From NCBI GenBank assembly GCA_002269645.1, contig NIVC01000302.1:130303-194302 (forward strand): a DNA stretch of 64,000 nucleotides, given 5' to 3'. The stretch comes from Macrostomum lignano (lineage: Eukaryota). A program made the translations under genes and the position numbers. Below are positions 49,104-60,600 of the stretch, one piece after another. Below the pieces are notes generated by a model. The model was not told the origin of the DNA and made no database searches. It saw only the letters and a program-made list of their open reading frames with translations. Each line of letters opens with the position of its first letter. The first letter of the stretch is position 1.

Positions 49104-50060
49104 ATAAAAGTCTCAAACTGACAATATTATGTTTGTCACAGAAAATCATATTTCTTGAAACAGTAAATTGCAATGCCAGAAAATCGGTTAAGATTCTATC
49201 TTTGAAACTGCATAGCTAAGAGCTTCATCTGGTGGATTCTGATAAATTTCGTGAGTCACAAAAAGATTAACACGGCTTGTCTGAGTTCACTTTAAGCTAA
49301 TCAATAAATTCAGTCGATAGTCAGAATTCTGGGACACTATAATCAGAAGGGGCAGAGTTCGAGACTGGGCTCACATTATGTACAAGAAAATTTGTAAGCA
49401 ATGGACCAAGAACCAGTTGGGGTCAGTCACAATTTTCGGCAGATGCTTCTATTGAAAACATGCGAATTGAAAAGCAACACTGTGCTGCAGCGGGAGCAAG
49501 GCAAAGCGCGGGACGGTGCAGGAGAGGCTGCTTGTGTACCGATTAGAAAGCTGGCGATGCGCTCAGCATCCTGCTCCAAGTAGCTAAGGCAGTAAAACTG
49601 GCTGATTTTGATGCGCATGCAGTTTTAAAAACCTTTGCAGGTGTTTACAAAATCGAAATATCAAATGGTCGATAGGGAGAGCTTTGGTCAGTTAAATAAA
49701 CCAAAATATGAAGGCGGAATCAGCATTCGATTTGCAGCTCATCAAGTAAATGGTTGCGAACTGCGGGCTCGCAGTGCAGGCAGGTTTGCAAACTTCAGCG
49801 GTTCTTTGGTAATTCGGGAGGCGCTGAAGCAGACATGCAGTTACAGATCAGGCTTGGTCTGACTGCAGTTGTCTCTCAGCGTCTGCAGGACCTCCGGGTC
49901 TCTCATTGCGCTGTCAAACGAACGGTTTTGATGAGGACTCGCGTACAGGCAAGGCGCCTCTCGGAGCAGTAGCTCAAATGTGTGCGCCATCAGAGCCCGG
50001 AAAACTCCCAAGAAGGCGCTACAAGGAGCTAATTAACAGGTGAAGAACACCGGCGCGGAT
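49104..50060. repeat. Unclassified dispersed repeat Y, copy 2, ending at (TAC)n
   Basis: Homologous to 42851-43435 and to 57314-57465 plus 62510-63129. Confidence 0.9.
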
Positions 50061-50472
<412 letters not shown>

Positions 50473-51378
50473 AATAATTACAACTACAATTTTAATTCTG
50501 TATTCTTCTCCAACACTCAAAAGGTACTTGGGTCTGAAGAACGGCGATTGCATATTTGTCAATTCGTGCAGCGTCACGCAGCGTCAGATGATGGAGCAGG
50601 CGTCAACGAGGCCGGACGCGCCGAAGAGACGCCACAAGGCGAGCCGAGGATCCGTTGCATTCGCGGACGAGCTCGAACATGGAAGCGACTACGACGACGA
50701 GAATGCTGGGGAGGAGGGTGAGCCAGGATTTGGAATTCACTTAGAACATGGCGATAGCCAATTAATGAACTGGTTAGAGTTTTAACTGTAGGTAATGGGG
50801 TTGTCCTGGGGAAGATCTGTGCAAAATCAGCTCATTCTGACCTTGCTTTTGGGATCTACAAGTAGATCTAAAACTTCTAGATTTAACTTTCTTACTTAAT
50901 CCGCAATCCTAAACGCCTTAGATTGAGTCAGAGCAAATAGCTACTTTTAGTATTAAAAGTAACTTCTGCCTCGAGTTTGGCACACAAAAAGCAAGTAAGC
51001 AAAAGTGCAAATCCTATCAGACTACCTAGGAAGCGGTCAGACAAAGGGCGCACCCAGTTTAGCAGGTCAAGAGAGCCTCTCACCCAACCAATCAGAGGAC
51101 CTATCTGCCGGTAGCCAAGGATTCCACAGAGACCGAAGCGCTCGGACGGGATGCTGATGCTGATCCTAACTGACGAGTGCCGCCGTTACTCTTCACTTGC
51201 CGATTGCTGTTGCTGATCTTAGGGCGCAGGCCGGGGGAAGATAATCACGAGTGACCTCGGCCGAAGGGCGAGCGTTGGAGGGAGCTCCGCCCCGAAAAGT
51301 CCAAGATTGCCAGGGACCAAAAAGAAGGGAGGTCCCAGAAAGGAGGAAGGGTACTCGAGCGCGGGCCGACATGCCGCC

Positions 51379-51512
51379 TTTTATAGATCTCACGCGGCCG
51401 ATTTGTTATAACGAGCGCCGAATTTTCCTATTGGCTGAGGGCCTTTGTTAAAAAATCGGCGCCGAATTTTCTGATTGGTCGAGCCGGGGTCGGTCAGGTC
51501 GACTCTGATTGG
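51379..51512 (-). promoter_or_regulatory. Putative Pol II promoter: three CCAAT boxes followed by TATAAAA
   Basis: ATTGG at 51431, 51474 and 51508; TTTTATA at 51379-51385. Motif match only. Confidence 0.45.
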
Positions 51513-52669
51513 CTGAGCTCAAGACCCCAAAACCCACCCCACCAGGTGGCCTTCAGACCCCCGGGAAGTTGACAGGCGCGGTCATAAATCATGAGCAAAA
51601 CCGAATAAAGGTCACTTGTCTAGACATCCTGGCGCCAAAAGTGACTGCAAAAAGCCCATAAATCAAAGGAGAAGGTAAAAGAGCGAGTGGGGAGGAGGCT
51701 GGAAAGACCTCTTTGACCCAGACAGGCTGGAGCCAAAAGTGACAGCCAAACCGCAGTAAATTATTAAAAGTATTGAAAAAGTCACAAATCAGGGGGTCAG
51801 AATGAGATTAAAAACATTCCTCCCAGACTTAGTGTCGCCTGTCTAGACTGTTAGAGGTCAAACCACTTCAGACCTGGATAGCCTGACCTTCAGAGATGCG
51901 TAAACAACCCAAAATTAGAATCCTAAGGGAAGTACATTAAGCCTCTAACATAATTAATAGTAATGTCATAAAATGACATAGGACTCAGCCTAAATGAGAG
52001 AATAGAGAGAAATTCCTAAGCTAGCCTACTGACGGTAGGGGAAAAAGCGCATCGGAGCAAAATGTGCGGTTTTAAGATTGAAAAAAGACGCGTCCTCATC
52101 ATTTATGCAATAGTGAAAACAAAAAGACGGTTTTATGTAAATACCAGATGCAGAAGGAACTCTGAGATCTTGAACAGATTCATTTGAAGGTGCTCTATTT
52201 CAACAAGCTGCCGTTGGGATAAGCTGAAAATTATCGACACAGATCCGTGTGGATAAAATAGGAATTTTATTGACACGGCCTAAAGACTTGAATTGTGGCA
52301 GCTATTTCAATAAGCTGCCGTGGGGTGTGAATAAAATTGGAATTATCAGCACGGGACCGTGGGGATAAGCACTTCCTTTTTAATATGGAAGTTTCAAGCT
52401 TACTAGTAGCCAACATAAAAATAATAGAAAAATATGGTATATACTCCCCATTTATACCAGTGCTAGGACAATAAATGCTTGAGTGACTTGTTAACGCCAC
52501 CCCGCTATTGTTTTTTTATTTATCGTAAAAATACTGAAAGTGAAATGACGCTCACAAGGAGTTCTTGACCGAACTTGTCTATGGCAAAACCTATGGCAAT
52601 TCAGGGCTATGCGTTCTCTACATAAAGAAGAGCATACTAAATGCACTAGCAATATACGACTCTCTTATA

Positions 52670-53531
52670 TAGCATTTTGCAGTCAAGTTTGAACTGCGGG
52701 CATTCAAATTAGACGCTTGACCAGATCTCACTGCTGGCACAAATGCTATCTATGGCCTAGACAATCACACTGGTGGGCACTCAATTTAGACAAGGGGCAT
52801 TCAAATTAGACAAGTTCTCAGGCGCATTGGCTGGGCAATTCAAGATCGTGTTGCGTCTGTTGTCAGACAACCATTCTGTGAACCCTGAACTATGAAGATA
52901 AGAACAAGTTATAACAAAGTAAGCATGTGTGAACAAACAAAACAGGGTGCTCAGCACATCAATGAACAAGAGTCTCACAAGAGTCTCATCTGATAGAGAA
53001 TTCAAACGATGTCTTCATTTGCCAGACAGCGTGGGATGAAGCGGAGCGTGTGCTGATACCAGTGAACGCACTTCAGTGGAGTCACGTCATCCATCGCGAT
53101 TTCCCCGCACCTCTGCAGCACCATCAGTCTCCATTGAACGGCAGTCATGTCAGGAGGCGGAACAGCCTGAACTCTCTCTGAATTCTCTCTGAACTTCAGG
53201 ATTGGACAGCTGCCTCTTGACTGCTGATTTAAAGGCACTGTGAGCCAGTTCAACTGGGTTCAGGAAAGGAGAGTAAGGTGGTAAGATCTTCAGTTCAATT
53301 CGACCAACCCACTCCTCCGGGATTTGCAATCCGTCGTGGATTGTCCATGGTCTTTCTCTCTGGCACACATAGACTTTCCGCTGCTTGTCTAAATTGAGTG
53401 CCCGTCAGTGTGTTTCAGTTTGTGCCACAGACATAAAGTTCTGCTTGACTTGGGGACGGATTCTGAAATTTGGCTCTTCCCTTCTTGTCTAATTTGAATG
53501 CCCGCAGTTCAAACTTGACTGCAAAATGCTA
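52670..53531 (-). mobile_element. Internally deleted Tc1/mariner transposon
   Basis: Perfect 45-bp TIRs at 52670-52714 and 53487-53531, TA TSD, inner repeats, and transposase remnant LPPYSPFLNPVELAHSAFKSAVKR. Confidence 0.92.
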
Positions 53532-54290
53532 TAATAGCTCTCTTAAACCTTCTGTCTCCCTCTTTATGGGGTCAAAAAACTACAGTGCATATTAATGTCG
53601 ATGTGGGCCATAGACAAAAATTTATTTACATTTCATTGTAGAAAGTGGGGGCTTTGCCCCACACCCCCATTCTCACTCTCCCCCTCCTAGCACAGAATAT
53701 TCTGTGCCTCCTAGACTCCTTCCGGCGCTAATTAATGCCATAGACGAAAGCGCATAGCAATGTTTCTACAGAAGAATATATCATATACGTTCCTGACGGG
53801 CCTCCATGCAGCAGATTTCTAAGAAAACCCAGTTTAGCGTCATTCTTCCAATCTTCGTCAGTTGTCCATGAACTCATCTTACTGTGATGGGTCTTAGCTC
53901 CAGTGGAAATGCAAGTTTTTTTCACAAAAAGTACACTGAACACATTAGCACACAGCCCTTGGATGGGCACCCCATGCAATATTTCTATTTTCTACTATTG
54001 TAAGTAGAAAATAGAATTCTACTTTCAGCTTCAGCTTTAAACTGCTGAATTCTATCTCAATTCCCGGAGAATAGGATAGGATCTCATAATATTATTAACT
54101 ATCCTATGGGCTCATCTCTTAAGTAGATTGCTACCAGTACTATAAAAACGAAGCTTCTAGCAGGAAGAGAAGTATGCAAATAACAAACACAAATGTTTTT
54201 GTTTTAATCGGTGCCTCCGATCAAACGCCAAACAAGTCTTGATCGCGTTTGTTTATTTAGCACAGGACAGTTCGGCTTATTCGAACTATT

Positions 54291-54578
54291 TTACAGCTTG
54301 ATGCAGCTGATGATCTGGATGGCGCTGCCGCCGCACTTGCTGGCCAGGCAGGTGGCCAGCTTGCTGATGTTGGTGCCGCCGGAGAAGAAGCAGGTGATCA
54401 GGTTGGAGATCAGGCAGGTCGCGGAGCTGATGCCGTTCTGCTTCAGGCAGTTGGTGTCGATGCTCAGCACGGGCACGACCTCGTGAATGATGTCGTTAAT
54501 GACCTCATTCTTCTGCTCAGGGGTGTAGGAGGCGGCGGCGAAGGCCACGAGAGCGAACAGGCAGACGATCTTGTACAT
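54291..54578 (-). CDS. Small secreted cysteine-rich protein of unknown family (95 aa)
   Basis: Signal-peptide-like MYKIVCLFALVAFAAA, six Cys in the mature part and strong GC3 bias. TATAAATA about 90 nt upstream and AATAAA about 35 nt after the stop. Confidence 0.8.
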   Translation of the reverse strand: MYKIVCLFALVAFAAASYTPEQKNEVINDIIHEVVPVLSIDTNCLKQNGISSATCLISNLITCFFSGGTNISKLATCLASKCGGSAIQIISCIKL

Positions 54579-54667
54579 GGCTGTGCTGTTGTGTGCTTTG
54601 GCGCTGATGTGGAAGGCTTGTTCTAGTTAGTTGATGAATATGGTTTTGACTCCGCCAGCCGTGCCTT

Positions 54668-54675
54668 TATTTATA
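54668..54675 (-). promoter_or_regulatory. TATA box of the secreted-protein gene
   Basis: TATAAATA on the minus strand at a plausible distance from the ATG. Confidence 0.6.
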
Positions 54676-55631
54676 ATACCGCTGTGCCGCTGCAGGTGAC
54701 GCTGTCTCGGACACTCCTGCTTCGCCCACGGCCCTGTCAAACTTGTCAATTAATTGGTTGTCCGAGGTCACCTGGCTGCGAATCGAACTCTGGCATGCAG
54801 TGTAGATTTTCCTTGGTTTTTAGGCTACTAAATTGTGTAGAGTTCAAAAAAGTTCGTGGGACACTGGCATGTGCGCGAGGCGTCAAAGAGTTTTAGTTGT
54901 CAGCGCGGACTTGATTTTATGCTATGTTTGGATTCTAGTTTGAAAAAATTGTCACCTACAAGTTACAAAATTGTTTGAAGGGTTATTTTCTGTTCTTGAC
55001 CTTCTCTTCTCAGTTTGTAAACTCGCAAATCTATGATTTTCTGAAATTTCAATTCAGATAATCTGGAAGAAACTGCATGCGTAAGTGCGGACCAGGATCG
55101 TACATTCTGTGTATTGACGCAATTTTAAGTAGTATGAATAGTAATAATAATAACAACTGATTACCAAGGACTACTTAAGAACACAGGACGTTACACTTGG
55201 AAATATTGACAGAATTCTAAAAGGCCGATTTGAATGTGTGTGTCTATGGTTTTAGTGGCCTTTTTGCTATTTGAAGCAATGTGTATAATACATGAATAGA
55301 AATTAAAGTCTAATGAATAAAGCTTTTTATATGCATGTGTTCCGACAAAATATTTATATTTATATAGAAGCAATGGTGAAAGCCTTTATCGAGGAGTCAA
55401 TTTCAGCCTCTTCTTTCGGAAAAGTATACACGGTGCACCTTTTACCGCTTTTGTAGTTGCTGGTGCAGCCTGGAACGCAACACTTCGTCGGCATCTTGTA
55501 TAACTCAATTGACAATTTAATTTGAAGAAAGAAATAAAAGATCCAGAGAACACAGAAGAAGTGAACTGTTTGCGATCTTGTCTGCTTGGTGCTCTAAGCT
55601 AGACTTGTGGGTTATAAGAATCATACTCATA

Positions 55632-56078
55632 TAACAACAACAACAAAATACGCTGTCAGGATGGCAAAAGTCAGCGTCACAGGGCGCGCTTCATGGCTTG
55701 GGCGCGAACAAAGGCCGCGCCACCGGCAGTGTCCGGGGCGCCGGCGCTAGCTAGTAGACAGTCGACATAACGCCGAGTTCGCGCTTGACCTCGCCGGTAG
55801 GGTGCCTGCAGCGTGAGCAGCAGCACCTCCTGCATCGGCTGTGGGCAGTACGACTCGGCGCGGATGAGATGGCCTGCGAGCTGGAGTCGCCGACGGCGCA
55901 GTAGATCACGCCACACGCCCTCAATTACCCCAGCTAATGCTGGCACCCATTTTTTACAGCTGGATGAACTGAAGCAATGCAGAGTTAAGTGGTCTTGTTC
56001 AAGGACACAAATTGCTCCGAGTGGGTCGAGAATCGAACCCCCGACGCTCTAATCACTACTAGGCTACTGCAACCCCCT
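55632..56078 (-). mobile_element. CORE-SINE head joined to the 3' coding end of a LINE
   Basis: tRNA-like head with B box (56030-56039) and CORE shared with 34090-34305. Then RRRRLQLAGHLIR...RRGQAR..YVD (LINE RT C-terminus-like) and a (TTG)n tail. Confidence 0.7.
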
Positions 56079-57663
56079 CCTAGGCTACAACACTGCATGC
56101 TATAAACGTCAAATCCAATTATCTGTAGCGTTTCTGACAAAAAAGACTTAAAACGATGCCCAGAGCCTTTGTTAGGTAGACAGTAGTATAGCTAACTTTT
56201 TACTTGCAAATATGTGAAAAACGCAAATAAGGCTGTTGCGCTCCTTCCCGAGTTCTGTCAGTTGTACCTAAATTGAACTCGCTGCTCTGGGAGTTGCTAG
56301 ATAGTACCGCAGTACTACCTATCGATTTGCCTGAGAAGAACCTAAAACGTTAGCCTTAGACTTGGTAGGGCTGCTGCCACCTTGGTTTGCGGACTCGACT
56401 CGTCGGAAGATTTGTATATCCGTAACCTGAAATAAATAAAAAGTCGCTCGGAGCAAGACAAATCTGAAACTGTCTCGACAGTTGATCGGAGATGTTCCTA
56501 CAATTGCTGTGCGAATCTGAAAATCTGTAAGCCTGAAATGAGAGAGGGGGAGCTCCTTGCCGGCGGACTCCGGTTGAGGAAAAACAGCTTCCAGGTGCTC
56601 CGTATTTATAGCCGAGCGGGCCCCGAAAGTCACGTGAGTTCCATGCGATGAGCGCGTGAAACTTTCTTATTTGGACCTCAGAGTCATGCAAGAGAGGCGT
56701 GATTCAAGGCCAACTTCCAAATAAGGCAAACTGTCAGGCAACAGTGGCGTGACTCAAGGTCAAATGCCTCACTCTATGCATGCACAGTCACGTGCTTTTA
56801 TGTGCTAAAAAAATTTGGGTGGATGAGTCATCCTGTTTACTCCCTCCAGACAGCCATTACACTCTGCATGCGGGTGAGCAGGGGGTGAGTCATCCTGCTT
56901 CTCCTCTTCAACGCGGGTGGGGAAATCATTGTGTGTGGCCACCTGCACGCCTGCTCGGGCGATCGGGCAGTAAACACTTAGGCCCAGCACAGGGCATCTC
57001 TCCCTAGATCAGGCGGACTGGACTGCTGTGCAGCGGAACACAGTCCCTAGGAAAGGCTAGTGAATGCTGCGACATAACTAGTTTGCAGCCAGTCGCTACA
57101 AGACGAACTAGCTAAAATTGTGACTGCGCCGCGCCAATTCAGCTTCCAAACTGTCCTGTGCACTTAAATAAGTTTTGTCAGTGGGGCAGAGCGCAACCGT
57201 ATTGTCCAAAAATTGTGCTAGAATAAGGATTGCACTGTTGCGGCCCACCAGTTCAACGCATTTGGTGCCGAATCTGTGTCGCAACTCGCAACGCGCTGCT
57301 TCAATGAGCAAAGAGCTAATTAATAAATTCAGTCGATAGTCAGAATTCTGGGATACTATTATCAGAAGGGGCAGAAGTCGAGACTGGACTCATATTATGT
57401 ACAAGAAAATTTGTAAGCAATGGACCAAGAACCAGTTGGGGTCAGTCACAATCTTCGGCAGATGCTGTCATGACTAATGGGGTGGGGCCGCGTGGTAGGG
57501 GTGGAGCTTGTTTAGTAAGCCTAGTTAGCAGTACGTACGTTAATGTACATGCGCGGGCCACCGTGCCCCTTGGCCTATAAAATATATAGAGCGTGGAGGG
57601 TTTTGCCTCAACTGAGTTTACTCCAGAATAAGCGACTTGACTTCATTACAATTGGCGACGAGA

Positions 57664-60600
57664 ATGGCTTCAGTTGGACAACTAGAGCCTTACGAAGAAG
57701 GCAAAGATTGGGACGCCTATCAAGAGCGAATGGACTCTTACATGCTTGCAAACGGCATAGAAGGCGACGACAAGAAGAAGGCAGTGTTTCTGACATTGAT
57801 TGGCGAACGATGCTACGCAGTCCTGCGGGATCTCTGCAGTCTGACCAAGCCAACAGATCTGCAATTAGGGATTCCAAAATCCCGACATTTTACAATCCCG
57901 GGATTGAATAGTCCCGAAATCCCGATGCTGTTGAAATCCCGGAATTCAAAATCCCGGAATCCCGGTGCTTTTGCAATCCCGGGATTAAAAATCCCGGGAT
58001 TCGATTCCCAAAAAAATCCCGGGATTCAAATCCCGGATTTTTGGCTCCAATCCCGGGATCCCGGGATTGGAATCCCTAAGCTAGACGGACTGTGCGGCGT
58101 GCCGCGTGCAGTAGTCATGGTCTCGCGACTCTCAGAGTCTCAGGGCCTTTTCATATTACCGATTCCAGAACCAGAATCGGTTCGGAATTCCAAGAAAAAC
58201 AGCAGTATAACTATTAAACTCTGTTAATATTTGACTGCCTTAACAGCCTCACTTTGCACGATTTTTCACTTTCTTTTTGGCGATTGTCATTCAATAATAA
58301 AAACTTTATAGCACGTATCTCCCTCTAGTTATGGAGACAAAAAGTTATACTTCACAAAATGGTTCTGGTTCTGGAACCAGAACAAGCAATATGAAAAGGC
58401 CCTCAGTCTCGTCTCGTGGTGGAAAACGAAAAAAAGTTAAAATTATCTATAATTTACAGTTCACAATAACAATTTTTAGCTCAATTAGGACAGGAGCTTT
58501 GCAAATGTGTAACGTTTCATTGAGAAACAGCAAAAACAAATAAATGTTTTATTATTCAAATAAACGTTTAGACTTTAAATTATCTAATTTAGGCATTGAA
58601 AGGTTGTTCTAATCCCGGACCAATCCCGGGATTAAGGCCTTGAAATCCCGGGATCCCGATCCCGGACTTTTGCAATCCCGGGATTAAAAATCCCGGGATT
58701 CGATTCCCAAAAAATCCCGGGATTCAAATCCCGGATTTTTGGCCCCAATCCCGGGATCCCGGGATTGGAATCCCTATCTGCAATACAGCGCCCTCACCGA
58801 GCACCTTCAAAAGTACTTCAAACCGAAGAAGCCAGTAATCGCTGAACGGTTCAAGTTCTACAAGCGAGCACAAAAGGACGGAGAGACGGCTGCTCAATTT
58901 CTGGCTGCGCTGCGGAATCTGACCGATTCGTGCGAGTTCGAGGGGTTTCGAGAAGAAGCTCTCCGAGACTGTTTCGTCTGCAGTCTTCGAGACCAGCGGA
59001 CCCAGCAGCGACTCCTGATGGAGGAGAAGCTCACGCTGGATGCGGCCAAGAAAATTGCCCTCGCGGCGGAGATTCCAAAGTCGGAAACTGAGCAGTGGAA
59101 ATCGAGCTCAGAGGTCAGCTCAATCCAGCAGGTAGCGCCAGACTCGAGGGCGTGCTACAGGTGCGGATTCAAAGGCCACCTGTCGGCAGCCTGCCACAGT
59201 GCCACTTCAGGACCGCAAAGTGCCACAACTGCGGGAAATTTGGACACCTGCAGAAAGTTTGCCGCTCAGCCAAGAAAGCCTCCAGTACAACGAAAGCCGG
59301 ACGGTCAGAGAATGGACCAGCGCACGCAATGCAAACGGAAGAGGAGGAGGAAGCAGCAACAGGCCGGATTTCGCAAGTCACTGCATCGGCCAAGAATATC
59401 AGCGTAAGCCTGCTGGTGAATGACCAGCCCCTCACCATGCAGCTGGACACCGGTGCCTGCGTCAGCCTCGTACCAGAGTCGTTGTGAAAGCAGCTCGGCC
59501 GACCTCAGCTGACACCAACACGCCTGCGACTCCGGACCTGGACGGGCGAGCCAATACAAGTCAAGGGAACAGCCGAGGTCATGGTCAACTACGACGGAAG
59601 ACAGCATCATAAGCTGCCGCTGGTGGTCACCAGTCAGACCGGAGCCTGCCCATTGCTAGGACGCAATTGGCTGGAAAAAGTGCGACTCAACTGGACTCAG
59701 TTGTTTGCCAACCAGATCAGCCAGGCGCCGGCGCAGAAAAGCGGGCCTCTCGACCAGATGCTGGAGGAGTTCGCTGATGTTTTCGACGAGAGCCTGGGGC
59801 AGTTGAAGGATCAGACAGTCGCACTGAGACTTAAAAGTGACGCACATCCTCGATTCTGCAAGGCCAGACCCGTGCCATTCGCAGTGCGGGACAAGCTGGA
59901 GCTCGAGCTCCAGGACATGCTCAACAAAGGGTACGCCAGTGGTTCCGGTACTCAAGGCAGACGGCTCAGTCCGACTGTGCGGCGACTATAAACTGACGTT
60001 GAACCCTTAGCTCCACATCGACCAGTACCCGCTGCCTACGCCTGAAGAGCTTTACGAGCAGGTGGGACAGGGTCAGCTGTTCTCAAAACTCGATCTGTCA
60101 CAATGTTATCTTCAGTTTCCACTCGACGAAGAGAGCTGCAAGCTGACGACCATCAACACGCATAAAGGGCTTTTCGAGTACCTCAGGTTGCCATTTGGCG
60201 TCAGTTCGGCTCCTGCGATTTGCCAGAGGCTGATGGAAAAACTTTTGAAGGGCGTGCCGGGAGTCTGTTGCCGCATTGATGACATCCTGGTCTCCGGTCC
60301 GTCAATGAGTGAACACCAGCGCTTCGCAAGGTACTGACCAGGCTGAGAGCGGTGGGCTTGCGGCTGAAGCGAATCAAGTGCAAATTTCTGCAAGAAGAAG
60401 TCGAATACCTGGGCTCGTTGCTCCTCTGTATCAACTGTTGAGGAAGGCGACGGACTGGCGGTGGGCTGAGACGGAGGACCGAGCCTGGGACAATCTTAAG
60501 CAAGAACTGAGTTAGGACAGCGTGCTGACGCATTTCAACGAGCAGCTTCCAGTGGTGGTGGCCGCGGATGCTTCATCGGTCGGCATCGGCGCGGTGCTGT

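Noticed and set aside
50528-50785. Short acidic ORF as a gene
   Set aside because: No recognisable homology, and no complete exon structure that I can support.
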